64,000 nt of DNA from contig SYIT01000074.1 in NCBI GenBank assembly GCA_005798685.1, positions 27,639 to 91,638 of the forward strand, given 5' to 3'. Made by a program: the position numbers and the translations under genes. Origin of the DNA: Actinomycetota bacterium (GTDB taxonomy: Bacteria; Actinomycetota; Thermoleophilia; Solirubrobacterales; Solirubrobacteraceae). Positions 53,254 through 63,200 of the stretch are shown piece by piece. Positions within the stretch are counted from its first letter, which is position 1, and every line of letters starts with the position of its first letter. The notes below the pieces were generated by a model. The model was not told the DNA's origin. It saw only the letters and a list, made by a program, of their open reading frames with translations, and made no database searches.

Positions 53254-54300
53254 ATGAGAGAGAATAAATCAGCAGTAATGCGTCGTTCGTTTGGAGCAGC
53301 AGCTGTAGTTGCTGCACTCACGCTCGCCGCCTGTGGTGGCAGCGACTCAACAAACTCCGGTGGTACCGCCACCGAAGGCTCGGCGAAGCTGAAGAACATG
53401 ACTAAGGCGACGTTGATCCTCGACTTCCTGCCAAACGCAGTTCACGCAGGGATCTACCGAGCGGCCGCGGCGGGGTACTACGCCGACAACAACATCGACC
53501 TGAAGATCATTCAGCCGACGTCGACCGCAGACACGTTGAAGCTGATCGAGGCCGGCAAGGCCGACTTCGGAATTGCTGACGGTATTGACGTGGCAACGCA
53601 GATTGATCAAGGCCGCGGCGCGAAGGCGATCATGGCGGTCGTTCAGCGCCCGCTCGGTGGTCTGATCTCGCTTAAGTCAGAAGGCCTTACCGACGCTGCT
53701 GCGTTCAATGGCAAAACGGTCGGTTTGACCGGTGTGCCGTCAGACACGGCGATTCTCGACACGATCCTCGAGAACGGGGGCGAAAGTACCGACAGCGTCA
53801 AGAAGGTGACAATCGGATTCAACGGCGTTCAGAATCTTGAAAGCAAGAAGATCAACGGGTTCGTTGGCTTCTATCCGGCAGACGGAGTTCAAGTTGAAGA
53901 GGACGGGTTCCCGATCAACGTCCTCGAGTTTGATGAGAACGGCGGCCCGAAGTACCCAGGGCTGGTTGTCTTCTCTACCGAGAAGCGAATCAAGGAGGAT
54001 CCGGCGCTGATGAACGCGTTCGTCGATGCCACGGTTCAGGGCTACGACGACACGATCAAGGATCCGGCTCAATCACTCAACGACCTGCTCGCCGCCAATA
54101 AGGCGATGAAGCGGGACATCACGAAGGCCCAGCTCGACGCTTATCTGCCGCTCTTCTCGGCAGGCGCGAAGAACTACGGCGTGATCGACGAGGCGAACAT
54201 CGAGGCACTCTCGACCTTCCTCGTTGACAAGAAGCTGATCAAGGCACCGATCGCGCCTAGCCGGTTTGACACCAACGAGTTCGTACCTACAGGCAACTAG
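53254..54300 (+). CDS. NMT1/THI5-like ABC substrate-binding lipoprotein (NitT/TauT family)
   Basis: Lipobox 'LTLAACGGS', 'LILDFLPNAVHAGIYRAAAAGYY'. ATG at 53254 (track start 53221). Confidence 0.85.
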   Translation: MRENKSAVMRRSFGAAAVVAALTLAACGGSDSTNSGGTATEGSAKLKNMTKATLILDFLPNAVHAGIYRAAAAGYYADNNIDLKIIQPTSTADTLKLIEAGKADFGIADGIDVATQIDQGRGAKAIMAVVQRPLGGLISLKSEGLTDAAAFNGKTVGLTGVPSDTAILDTILENGGESTDSVKKVTIGFNGVQNLESKKINGFVGFYPADGVQVEEDGFPINVLEFDENGGPKYPGLVVFSTEKRIKEDPALMNAFVDATVQGYDDTIKDPAQSLNDLLAANKAMKRDITKAQLDAYLPLFSAGAKNYGVIDEANIEALSTFLVDKKLIKAPIAPSRFDTNEFVPTGN

Positions 54301-55100
54301 TGACTGAGACTGCTCCCCGGCTCCGGATTAAAAATCTGGGCAAGTCGTTCCCGGCTAGATCCGGGCACGACGCAATGACCGCGCTTGAGGGCGTGGACAT
54401 TGACATCCGGGCTGGGGAGTTCGTCTCGATCATCGGCCCTAGCGGTTGCGGGAAATCAACGCTGTTCAACATGCTGGCGGGGCTGATCAAGCCCTCGGCA
54501 GGGAAGATCTATCTAGACGGCGGCGAACCTGATTCGCTGCTCGGGAAGATCGGCTACATGCCGCAGAAGGATCTCCTGATGCCGTGGCGGACCGTGCTCG
54601 ACAACGTCACGCTGGGCCTTGAAATGGATGGAACGCGCCGTCGTAAGGCGCGAGCGCAGGCGATGGAGGAGCTTCCACGCTTCGGCTTGAAAGGCTTTGA
54701 GCAGCGCTGGCCGCGCAGCCTCTCTGGTGGAATGCGCCAACGGGCTGCGCTACTGCGCACGTTTCTAGCTGGCCGCGAAGTGATGCTGCTAGATGAGCCA
54801 TTCGGTGCGCTAGACGCGCTAACCCGCCAGGCAATGCAGGAGTGGCTGCTTGAGCTTTGGGCAACCGACCGCAAGACCGTTGTTTTCATCACGCATGATG
54901 TTGAAGAAGCCGTTTACCTCTCTGACCGCGTGCACGTGATGTCAGGGCGCCCAGGCCGCGTTGAGCTCTCGCTCGACATCACACTTCCACGCCCGCGCTC
55001 ATATGAGATGACTGTCAGTCCGGAATTTAACGCCCTTAAGCAACAGCTACTTGAGCCCCTTCACGAGGCGTCGCGCAAGCAGATGGAGGAGGTGCGCTGA
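54300..55100 (+). CDS. ABC transporter ATP-binding protein (NitT/TauT family)
   Basis: 'GPSGCGKSTL', 'LSGGMRQR', 'LLDEPFGALD'. Confidence 0.92.
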   Translation: MTETAPRLRIKNLGKSFPARSGHDAMTALEGVDIDIRAGEFVSIIGPSGCGKSTLFNMLAGLIKPSAGKIYLDGGEPDSLLGKIGYMPQKDLLMPWRTVLDNVTLGLEMDGTRRRKARAQAMEELPRFGLKGFEQRWPRSLSGGMRQRAALLRTFLAGREVMLLDEPFGALDALTRQAMQEWLLELWATDRKTVVFITHDVEEAVYLSDRVHVMSGRPGRVELSLDITLPRPRSYEMTVSPEFNALKQQLLEPLHEASRKQMEEVR

Positions 55101-55966
55101 TGGAGGCTGCTCCACAGCGCGTCGCGTTACCAACGCGCGAAACGCCGCCCCCTGGGACCCCAATATCGGTTCGCCTGCGCGCGCGGCTCCGCCGCTTCGC
55201 GCCGCCGCTGACATTCGCACTGCTGGTGCTCGGTATTTGGCAGCTCTATTGCACGGTCTCTTCCATTCCGGAGTCGAGCCTGCCAGCGCCAACTGAGATC
55301 TTCTCCGCTCTGATCACAGAACGCGCGCTGCTGGCGGAGAATGCCTGGGTGACGATCCAAGAGATAGCGATCGGCTACCTAGCCGCGATCATCCTCGGAG
55401 TCGGGCTGGCAGTGCTGATCTGCTCATCGAAGATGATCGAGCGCGCGGTCTACCCTTGGCTGGTCGTTTCTCAAATGGTCCCGATCGTCGCGATCGCGCC
55501 GATCATCGTGATTTGGACGGGCTTCGACCTGCGTCCGAAAATCATCGTGATCGCGCTCGTCAGCTTCTTCCCGATCGCCGTCAACACGATCGATGGCCTG
55601 AAAGCAACAGACCCGGAGATGACGAACTTGCTGAAGACATTTGGCGCCAAGCGCTGGGCGCGCTTCAAGACGGCGCAGTTCCCAGCCGCGCTGCCGTTCA
55701 TCTTCTCCGGCCTGCGGATCGGCGCTGCACTCTCCGTCATCGGCGCGGTATTCGCCGAATGGGTCGGTTCATCCGAGGGGCTCGGCTACCTAATCCTGAC
55801 CTTCAACAACCAGACCTCGACAACCGAGATGTTCGCTGCCGTGATTGTCCTTGCCTTCATTGGGCTAGCGCTATTCGCGCTCGTCGGCCTGCTTCAGCGC
55901 CTTACGATCCCTTGGTACGAAGACGCGCGGTTCGATGATGCTGATGGTCATGAGGGCGGCTCGTGA
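55100..55966 (+). CDS. ABC transporter permease (NitT/TauT family)
   Basis: Polytopic with an EAA-like loop 'TFGAKRWARFKTAQFPAALPFIFSGLRIG'. TGATG overlap with the ATPase gene. Confidence 0.88.
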   Translation: MEAAPQRVALPTRETPPPGTPISVRLRARLRRFAPPLTFALLVLGIWQLYCTVSSIPESSLPAPTEIFSALITERALLAENAWVTIQEIAIGYLAAIILGVGLAVLICSSKMIERAVYPWLVVSQMVPIVAIAPIIVIWTGFDLRPKIIVIALVSFFPIAVNTIDGLKATDPEMTNLLKTFGAKRWARFKTAQFPAALPFIFSGLRIGAALSVIGAVFAEWVGSSEGLGYLILTFNNQTSTTEMFAAVIVLAFIGLALFALVGLLQRLTIPWYEDARFDDADGHEGGS

Positions 55967-57345
55967 GCACGCTCGTCCGCGGAGCTTGGGTACTAGCGAT
56001 GGCTCCCGGGGCGAAGCTGATCCGCGATGGAGCTGTCGCCTTTTCCGACGACGGTGCGATCGAGGACGTTGCGCCGTTCGCGCAGCTTGCGGAGCAGTAT
56101 TCAGATGCTGAGATTGTTGGCGACGGTAACGGCATCGTGATGCCCGGCTTGATCAATGCCCACACTCATCTGACCGAAGGGTTGACCTCCGGGATGGGTG
56201 AGACGGCGACGCTCTGGGAATGGTTTGAGCGCGTAGTTGACCCTGCCGGCCGAGTGATCACGCGCGAAGAGGTACGGATTGGGGCCGAACTGAAAGCCGC
56301 CGAGATGCTCCGTTCCGGGATCACGACCGTCAACGACATGTCGTGCCACCGCAACCTCGGATCGTTCGCTTCGCTCGGCGCCGCCGATGGTCTCGCCGCT
56401 GCCGGGATGCGCGGCGTGATCTCGTTTGGAGCCGAGGACATCTACGAGGGTGCTCCTAGCGCTGACGTCTTCATGCTCGAACACGAAGCGCTCGCCGACC
56501 GCGTGGCCGACGAAGCGCTACTCGGCTTCCGCGCTGGGGTTGGCACCGTGCTGGGGATCAGCGAGCCGCTGTTCAAACAGACCGTTGCAGCGTGCAACGA
56601 GCACGACTGGGCGGTACACACACACCTGGCGGAGGTCCGCGAAGAGGTGACCGCCAGCAGGCTTAAGAACGGTTGCACGACAATCGAGCACGCAGGCCGG
56701 ATGGGTTTGCTGGATCGGCCAGTGATCGCAGGCCACTGCATCTGGTGCAGTGCGCATGACGTCGGCCTACTCGTGGATCGCCAAGTCGCCGTCGCCCATA
56801 ACCCGGTCGCGAACATGATTTTGGCTTCCGGGATCTGTGAAGTGCCGCGCCTAAGGAGGGAAGGAGTCCTCGTTGGCCTTGGAACCGACGGCGCTGCCTC
56901 GAATGACAACCAAGACATGTTTGGCGTTCTGAAGATGACCGGGCTACTGCACAAGGTTGCGGCACTCCAGGCCGACGCGATCACTGCAATCGACGTGATG
57001 CGGATGGCAACGCTCGAAGGCGCCCGCGCGCTCGAGCTCGACGCGCAGGTCGGCTCATTGGAGGTTGGCAAGCGGGCCGACGTCGTCCTGCTCGACGGCA
57101 ACACGCCGGAGCTGGCGACGATCCACGACCCTTGGCAGCAGATCGTTTACTGCGCAGTATCAAGCTGCGTTAGCGACGTTTGGGTAGACGGGAAACCACG
57201 GCTTAAAGCCGGCGAACTTGTCGATGCAGATCTGTCGGCGCTTGTCGATCAGGCACGCGTCGCAGCGATCGATCTCGTAACGCGCGCTGGTATGCGCGAC
57301 GAGTCGGTCTATGCAGGACCCGGCAGAGCCGGGCCATTCACTTAG
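55963..57345 (+). CDS. amidohydrolase-superfamily deaminase (MTA/SAH-deaminase/chlorohydrolase-like)
   Basis: 'MPGLINAHTHLTEG', 'HTHLAE', 'IAGHCIW', 'LGTDGAASNDNQD'. Confidence 0.85.
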   Translation: MSTLVRGAWVLAMAPGAKLIRDGAVAFSDDGAIEDVAPFAQLAEQYSDAEIVGDGNGIVMPGLINAHTHLTEGLTSGMGETATLWEWFERVVDPAGRVITREEVRIGAELKAAEMLRSGITTVNDMSCHRNLGSFASLGAADGLAAAGMRGVISFGAEDIYEGAPSADVFMLEHEALADRVADEALLGFRAGVGTVLGISEPLFKQTVAACNEHDWAVHTHLAEVREEVTASRLKNGCTTIEHAGRMGLLDRPVIAGHCIWCSAHDVGLLVDRQVAVAHNPVANMILASGICEVPRLRREGVLVGLGTDGAASNDNQDMFGVLKMTGLLHKVAALQADAITAIDVMRMATLEGARALELDAQVGSLEVGKRADVVLLDGNTPELATIHDPWQQIVYCAVSSCVSDVWVDGKPRLKAGELVDADLSALVDQARVAAIDLVTRAGMRDESVYAGPGRAGPFT

Positions 57346-57372
57346 ATCAACTAGCTAGGGAGCAAGAACAAG

Positions 57373-59013
57373 ATGAGCAACAACATCGACGTAATCGTCA
57401 TCGGCGGGGGCCACAACGGACTGACTTGCGCCTCCTATCTGGCTCGCGCCGGCCTTGGCGTGGTCGTGCTCGAAAGCTCGGACACTTCGGGAGGCTGCAT
57501 CAACACGATCGACCTGCCCGACGGCCGCGGCAAGATGGAACTCGGCGCTTACGAACACGGCGGGATCGTCGGCAGCGGCGTTGCCGCTGATCTCGAGCTC
57601 GAGAGTCGCTTCGGACTCAGCTTCCACATGCGCGACGAGGTGACGCTGGCGCCGTGTGACGACGGCTCGGCTCTGGCTTTCTACGCCTCGCTTGAGCAGA
57701 CTCTCGAGGAGCTCGAGCCGATCGTCGGCAAAGCCGACACCGATGCTTACCAGAACTTCGCCGCTTGGTCAGCGGCTGCGCTCGGGCTGCTGCGGCAGAC
57801 AGAGGCAGGGCCACCGCCAAGTCTGCGTGAGCTCGCTGCAGCCGCTGAGCTCACGCTCGGCGCGGAGGCAGGGCGGCTGCTGCAGACGCTCTTTGCTTCC
57901 GCCTCAACGATCCTTCGCGGCCAGTTCAGAGATGAGCGCCTACAAGGCCCGATGGCCCACTGGGCAGCGCACTCTGAACAGTCGCCGTCCGATCCCGGAA
58001 CCGCGGCAGGGGCCTTGATGCTCGCTGGAGGGCACGGTCACAAGTCGGCGCGGCCCGTTGGCGGCTCGCGCTCAACGGTTGAGGCGCTGGTTCGTTGTCT
58101 TGAGTCTTACGGCGGTCAGTTACACTGCTCATCGGCAGTCGAGAAGGTTGAGTTCAGTGGCGGGCGCGCAGTCGCCGTCCAGGCCGCCGGGCAACGCTGG
58201 ACTGCAAATCGAGCTGTCGTCAGTGCCGTTGACGCGAGGCGCCTCTTCTTGACGATGATGGCGCCAGAGGATGTGCCGCCGTCGATCCGCGACGAGGTGC
58301 GAAGGATCCATGTTGGCCAAAGCAACGTCTCGGAGCTGAAGGTTGATGCGATCCTCTCCAGCAAGCCGAAGGTCTCAGGCCCTGAGGGCTTCGACCGTTC
58401 GTTCATGCTCTCGGCCAACACGACCACCGATCTGGAACGCGCCTTCGCCAGCATCAGACTTGGGGACTTGCCTGAGCGAACACCGGTGATGATCGCCTTT
58501 CCGTCGAGTCTCGAACCCGGCTGGGCGCCCGCGGGTGGCGCCAACATCTGGCTGTCAACATTCGTCCCTTGGAAACCGCGCAGTGGCGCTTGGAATGAAG
58601 CGGAAATGGAGCGCGCGGCCGACAACATGTGGCAGACAGCCGAGCGCGCACTTGGCTGCTCTCTCGACGCGACCGAACGGCGCTTGACTGGGCCGGCCGA
58701 CTGGGTCGCCCGCCACGGCAATCCGCACGCAAACCCCAACCATGTCGAGATGAGCCTTGATCAGCTGCTCGCGTTCCGGCCATCGCCGAAGCTGTGCGGT
58801 TACTGCACGCCGATCGAGAATCTCTTCCTGACGGGCGCCGGAACGCACCCTGGCGGAGGCATCACTGGCGTGCCGGGTCGGAACGCCGCTGCTGTAGCGC
58901 TGGAGCAGCTTGGACTGGCGCCACGCAAACCATTATCTGAGCGGGTTCGGTCGCAGGCCGCTCTGCTACGCGACGCCCGAAAAGCCGCGCTCACTCTACG
59001 GAGGTCATCGTGA
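57373..59013 (+). CDS. phytoene-desaturase-family NAD(P)/FAD-dependent oxidoreductase
   Basis: 'DVIVIGGGHNGLTCASYLARAGLGVVVLE' and C-terminal 'LFLTGAGTHPGGGITG'. Confidence 0.85.
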   Translation: MSNNIDVIVIGGGHNGLTCASYLARAGLGVVVLESSDTSGGCINTIDLPDGRGKMELGAYEHGGIVGSGVAADLELESRFGLSFHMRDEVTLAPCDDGSALAFYASLEQTLEELEPIVGKADTDAYQNFAAWSAAALGLLRQTEAGPPPSLRELAAAAELTLGAEAGRLLQTLFASASTILRGQFRDERLQGPMAHWAAHSEQSPSDPGTAAGALMLAGGHGHKSARPVGGSRSTVEALVRCLESYGGQLHCSSAVEKVEFSGGRAVAVQAAGQRWTANRAVVSAVDARRLFLTMMAPEDVPPSIRDEVRRIHVGQSNVSELKVDAILSSKPKVSGPEGFDRSFMLSANTTTDLERAFASIRLGDLPERTPVMIAFPSSLEPGWAPAGGANIWLSTFVPWKPRSGAWNEAEMERAADNMWQTAERALGCSLDATERRLTGPADWVARHGNPHANPNHVEMSLDQLLAFRPSPKLCGYCTPIENLFLTGAGTHPGGGITGVPGRNAAAVALEQLGLAPRKPLSERVRSQAALLRDARKAALTLRRSS

Positions 59014-60008
59014 GCCCAGGAGTCGCCGATGGTCAGCCAGATGCGCTCGACCTGCTCACCGCCTACCAGCACAGCGCCGTCGTTGCGGCCGCGACACTGA
59101 CCGGCGTTGCCGACGCGATGGCTGCCGGAGAAAGCGACTCTGCTGCACTTGCGAGCACGCTCAGCCTTGATCCGCGCGCGGTCCGCGCGCTGCTCGGCTC
59201 AATGGTCGCGCTCGGCCTCGCAGAGGCGAAGGATACAGGGCACGTGCTGAGCGAGACCGGCGCCCCGCTGGCAACCGATCATCCGCGCTCAATCTCGGCA
59301 ATCGTCGGAAAAGAGTGGTTCTTCTACAAGGTTTGGGGCGAGCTGCCAGAAGCAATGAGCGATGGTCACGCGCGAGTCGATCCATGGCAGGTGCGCCTCG
59401 GCGACGATCCGCAGCAGGCGCTCGGCTTCCTGCGCGCGCTGGACGATCTCGCTGGTCTCTTTGGAGATGAACTCCCTGGCCTCAGTGGGATCACTGAAGG
59501 CGGGACGCTGCTCGACGTTGGTGGGGCATCTGGCTCACACTCGGCCTATTTGATTTCCGCGGTTGGTGGCATCGAAGCGACGGTTCTCGATCTGCCTGAG
59601 GTCGGCGTATTGGTTGAAGAGCGCCATCCTGAAGTTGCCTTCGTCGCGGGCGATCTCGACCAACCCCGCTTTGGACTCGCGGAGGGTCAGCAGTGGGACA
59701 TCGTTCTTCTGGCAAACATCCTTCACGATCATCCGCCGGCGAAGTGCCGCGAGCTCCTGGCCAGCGCCTTCGAGCTTGTGCGGCCAGGTGGCCGGATCGT
59801 GCTCTACGAATGGGTGCTCGACGACAACCGCGACGAGCCACCGGCAGTGGCGCTGTTCGCGCTGATGATGATGGTCGAGAACGAGGGGGGCAACTCGTAC
59901 ACCGAGAGCGAGCTGCGCGGCTGGCTCGAAGAGACGGGTTTCGCAGGCGTAGAGCTGCGCCGTGGCTTTGGCCCGATCGCCGGCGTCAGCGCAGTAAGGC
60001 GGGAGTAG
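59010..60008 (+). CDS. family-2 (COMT-like) SAM-dependent O-methyltransferase with N-terminal dimerisation/wHTH domain
   Basis: 'LLDVGGASGSHS', 'VLLANILHDH', 'GGRIVLYEW'. GTGA overlap with the upstream oxidoreductase. Confidence 0.82.
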   Translation: MSPGVADGQPDALDLLTAYQHSAVVAAATLTGVADAMAAGESDSAALASTLSLDPRAVRALLGSMVALGLAEAKDTGHVLSETGAPLATDHPRSISAIVGKEWFFYKVWGELPEAMSDGHARVDPWQVRLGDDPQQALGFLRALDDLAGLFGDELPGLSGITEGGTLLDVGGASGSHSAYLISAVGGIEATVLDLPEVGVLVEERHPEVAFVAGDLDQPRFGLAEGQQWDIVLLANILHDHPPAKCRELLASAFELVRPGGRIVLYEWVLDDNRDEPPAVALFALMMMVENEGGNSYTESELRGWLEETGFAGVELRRGFGPIAGVSAVRRE

Positions 60009-60071
60009 GGCGGGGCGCGACGGCATGGGAACTTTGCAGTGGATCAAACGATCAGGGGGAGCGTTTAAGCG

Positions 60072-61826
60072 ATGAAACTGACCGGTGGCGAAATAATTGC
60101 TGAGTATCTGATTGCTCAGGACGTTCCGTACGTGACCGGGATACCCGGGCACGGTGACATGGCGATGTTCGACGCGTTCAAGGGGCGCGAGGACAAGATC
60201 ACAATGATCACACCGCGCCACGAGCAGTCCGCGGCTCACATCGCCGACGCTCACTTCCGCGCCAGTGGAGTGCCAATGGCGACGATGACTTCGATCGGGC
60301 CGGGCTCGCTCAACGTCGCGACCGGTCTAGCTACGGCCTACGTTGATTCGATCCCGATGATCTCGTTCACGGGAGGCCCCCAGACGTACTTCGCTGGCCG
60401 AGGCGTGCTGCAGGAGCTTGAGCGTGGCCGCGAGAACGCCTTCCCCGACATAATCGCTCCTATGGTGAAGCGGGGGTGGAACGTTCAGCACCCCGAGCTT
60501 CTTCCCGACGTGTTGCCCCGCGCTTTCACTTGGGCACTTTCAGGAAGACCGGGCCCCGTTCATCTCGAGATCCCGATGGACGTTCAGGCACGTGCGATCG
60601 AGACCGAGATGCCGCGACCATCAGAGCATCCACAGGTGACGACGGTTCGCGCGGACCCCGATGCTCTTGACCGCGCCGCCGAGCTGTTGCTTGCCGCCAA
60701 GCGGCCAGTGATCCTCGCGGGTGGCGGCTGTATTCAGGCTGAGGCCTCGGAGCAGTTGCGGGCAGTGGTGAATCGACTGCAAGCGGCGGTCGTGGCAACA
60801 ATGATGGGCAAGGGTGTGTTCCCAGAAGACCACCCGCTATCGGCGGAGCACACAGGATCGAATGGAACGATGGTCGGCAACCACATGACGCGTGAAGCCG
60901 ACGTGATCCTTGCTGTCGGGACGCGCTTTGCCGAGCAGACCTGCTCGTCTTATGAGCCCGGGCAATCATTCTCGATTCCACCGACGAAGATCATCCACCT
61001 CGACATCGACCCAACTGAGATCGGAAAGAATTACCCAACCGAAGTTGGTGCGGTCTGCGACGCCCGATCAGGACTAGCTGATCTGCTTGATGCGATCAAC
61101 GATCGTGGAGGCCCGGAAGACTTCGAGCGTTCAGAGTACGTCGCTGAGATCGCCGAGTGGCGTGAGCGTTGGCGCGCTGCCCAGCAGGATCGTTGGACAG
61201 AAAACCTCTCGATGAGCCGCGTCCTGCACGAGATCCGCAGGCTCACTCCGCGCGAGACAATTGCGATCGCCTCGGCCGGCCACCCTCAGATTCAGGCCTT
61301 CCAAGAGTTCCTTGCCTATGAGCCGCGAACATGGCTATCTCCTGGCGGCTACTCGACGATGGGCTACACGATGCCTGCGGCGATCGGTGCCAAGCTCGCC
61401 AAGCCCGATGTGCCCGTGATCGGCTTCGCTGGCGATGGCGACCTCCAGCAGACGATTCAGGAGTTGGCCCTCGCTGCTGAGCTTGGCAGCGACATCGTAA
61501 TCGTCTGCCTCAACAACACAGGTTGGCTTTCGATCCGTGATTTCCAGCGTGGAATGTTCGGCGAGGATCGCGCCTTCTCGGTCGAGTTCCGTGCCCGCGA
61601 GGACGATCGCCTAATGCCGGTCGATTTTGTGTCGATTGCAAAAGCATTCAATTGCGAGGCCGAGAAGGTCAGCGACGTGACTCAGATCGACGGCGCCATG
61701 GAACGGGCGCTCGGTTCGGGCGGCCCGTACCTAGTCGAGTTTGACCTCTCGCGTGAGCCCCGTGACACTGAGGGCATCAATTCTGGCCACTGGGATCTAC
61801 CTAAGCCTGAGTACCTGCCGAGCTAG
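60072..61826 (+). CDS. thiamine-diphosphate-dependent enzyme (acetolactate synthase / sulfoacetaldehyde acetyltransferase-like fold)
   Basis: Catalytic Glu in 'PRHEQSAAHIADAHF', 'SIGPGSLNVATG', and ThDP motif 'GFAGDGDLQQTIQEL...LNNTGW'. Confidence 0.85.
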   Translation: MKLTGGEIIAEYLIAQDVPYVTGIPGHGDMAMFDAFKGREDKITMITPRHEQSAAHIADAHFRASGVPMATMTSIGPGSLNVATGLATAYVDSIPMISFTGGPQTYFAGRGVLQELERGRENAFPDIIAPMVKRGWNVQHPELLPDVLPRAFTWALSGRPGPVHLEIPMDVQARAIETEMPRPSEHPQVTTVRADPDALDRAAELLLAAKRPVILAGGGCIQAEASEQLRAVVNRLQAAVVATMMGKGVFPEDHPLSAEHTGSNGTMVGNHMTREADVILAVGTRFAEQTCSSYEPGQSFSIPPTKIIHLDIDPTEIGKNYPTEVGAVCDARSGLADLLDAINDRGGPEDFERSEYVAEIAEWRERWRAAQQDRWTENLSMSRVLHEIRRLTPRETIAIASAGHPQIQAFQEFLAYEPRTWLSPGGYSTMGYTMPAAIGAKLAKPDVPVIGFAGDGDLQQTIQELALAAELGSDIVIVCLNNTGWLSIRDFQRGMFGEDRAFSVEFRAREDDRLMPVDFVSIAKAFNCEAEKVSDVTQIDGAMERALGSGGPYLVEFDLSREPRDTEGINSGHWDLPKPEYLPS

Positions 61827-61859
61827 CCGATTCCGTCCCCAGGCGAGGAGATCAAGAGA

Positions 61860-63200
61860 ATGTCCGATCCACAGCGATCACATAGCGCGGCAGGGCAGGA
61901 GCTTCGCGACGAGTCAGATCAGTTCGTGCTCAAGTGCATGGGCGACGTTGATCTTGGCTTCAATGGCGGAGAGGGGCTTCATGTAACCGACAGTGATGGC
62001 AAGGAGTACCTCGATGCGATCTCGGCCGAGTGGGTGCTCAACCTTGGCTTCCGTAACCCTGAAGTGCGCCAGGCGATTATCGACCAGTTAGATCAGATCG
62101 ACTACGTATCTCCGGTCTTCGACAGCGACATCCGCACCAAGCTGGCGAAGAGGATTGCCGAATTGGCGCCGGGGCGAATCGAGAAGGTTCTCTACGCGCT
62201 TTCCGGCGCGGCGGCGGTTGAGGGCGCGATGCATCTCGCGATGCGGACAACTGGGGGTAGCGACTTTGTCTGCCTCGACGCGGCCTTCCACGGCCGCACA
62301 TTCGCAACGATCGGATTGACGTACGTGCATCCGGGAATGGTCGAGGGCTCCAATGCCGGTCTCGACCGCTACATCCCGCGCCAGATGCGTATACCGAACT
62401 ACTACTGCTACCGCTGCCCGCTCGGGCTGGAGCGAGAGAGTTGCGATCTGGCCTGCGCCGACTTCGTTGACTTTGCCCTCGAGCGTGGCCACATCAACGG
62501 ACCGGCCGGGGTCATCGTCGAGCCGTTGCAGGCCAATGGCGGCATGATCCCGGCGCCGGATGGTTGGCTGAAGAAGGTTCATGGAATCTGCCAGGACCAT
62601 GACGTCCCGCTGATCGTCGACGAGGTGCAGGGCGCTCTCTGCCGCTGCGGCCCGATGTTCGCCTCGGAGCGCCACGGGATTGAGCCGGAGATGATCATCT
62701 TGGGCAAGGCACTTGGCGGCGGCCTCCCGCTCTCAGCGACAATCGCGGTCCCGGAGTATTCGGAGCTGCTGCCTTGGGAGTACGGATTCACACAGGCCGG
62801 TAATCCGGTCGCCTGCGCGGCATCTCTGGCGATGTTGGAGCTGATGGTCCGCGACGATCTCCCCGCCAACAGCGAACGGATCGGGCAGCTGATGATGGAG
62901 TTGCTTGCCGAACTGGAGCCGGACTCGGAGCTGATCGGCGACATTCGCGGGGAAGGGTTGATGATCGGTGTCGAGCTGGTCCGAGACCGCGTGACGAAGG
63001 AGCCAGCCAACGAGGAGGCCGACATGGTCATGGGCGCCTGTCTTGAGCACGGACTTATCGTCGGCCGGACCGGCCCCGTTTTCGGAGCCAATGGAAATGT
63101 CATCAAATTCAAGCCCGCCGTCAACATCACGGAGGATGAAGCTGTGATGATCGTCGAGCTCTTCGGCCGCGCGTTGCGGCAGGTTGAAGCCAGCCTGTGA
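61860..63200 (+). CDS. class-III (omega-type) PLP aminotransferase
   Basis: 'LSGAAAVEGAM', 'LIVDEVQGALCRCG', and PLP Lys in 'ILGKALGGG'. Confidence 0.88.
   Translation: MSDPQRSHSAAGQELRDESDQFVLKCMGDVDLGFNGGEGLHVTDSDGKEYLDAISAEWVLNLGFRNPEVRQAIIDQLDQIDYVSPVFDSDIRTKLAKRIAELAPGRIEKVLYALSGAAAVEGAMHLAMRTTGGSDFVCLDAAFHGRTFATIGLTYVHPGMVEGSNAGLDRYIPRQMRIPNYYCYRCPLGLERESCDLACADFVDFALERGHINGPAGVIVEPLQANGGMIPAPDGWLKKVHGICQDHDVPLIVDEVQGALCRCGPMFASERHGIEPEMIILGKALGGGLPLSATIAVPEYSELLPWEYGFTQAGNPVACAASLAMLELMVRDDLPANSERIGQLMMELLAELEPDSELIGDIRGEGLMIGVELVRDRVTKEPANEEADMVMGACLEHGLIVGRTGPVFGANGNVIKFKPAVNITEDEAVMIVELFGRALRQVEASL

Noticed and set aside
57373-60008. Carotenoid tailoring pair CrtD/CrtF
   Set aside because: The phytoene-desaturase-family plus O-methyltransferase adjacency is reminiscent, but the window has no phytoene synthase, cyclase or other crt genes, and the context is catabolic. 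Family-level calls only.
60072-63200. Taurine degradation pair Xsc (sulfoacetaldehyde acetyltransferase) plus Tpa (taurine-pyruvate aminotransferase)
   Set aside because: The fold-level match (ThDP enzyme plus class-III aminotransferase, TauT-family importer nearby) is suggestive. I cannot verify Xsc-specific residues by eye, and no pta or sulfite exporter is present.
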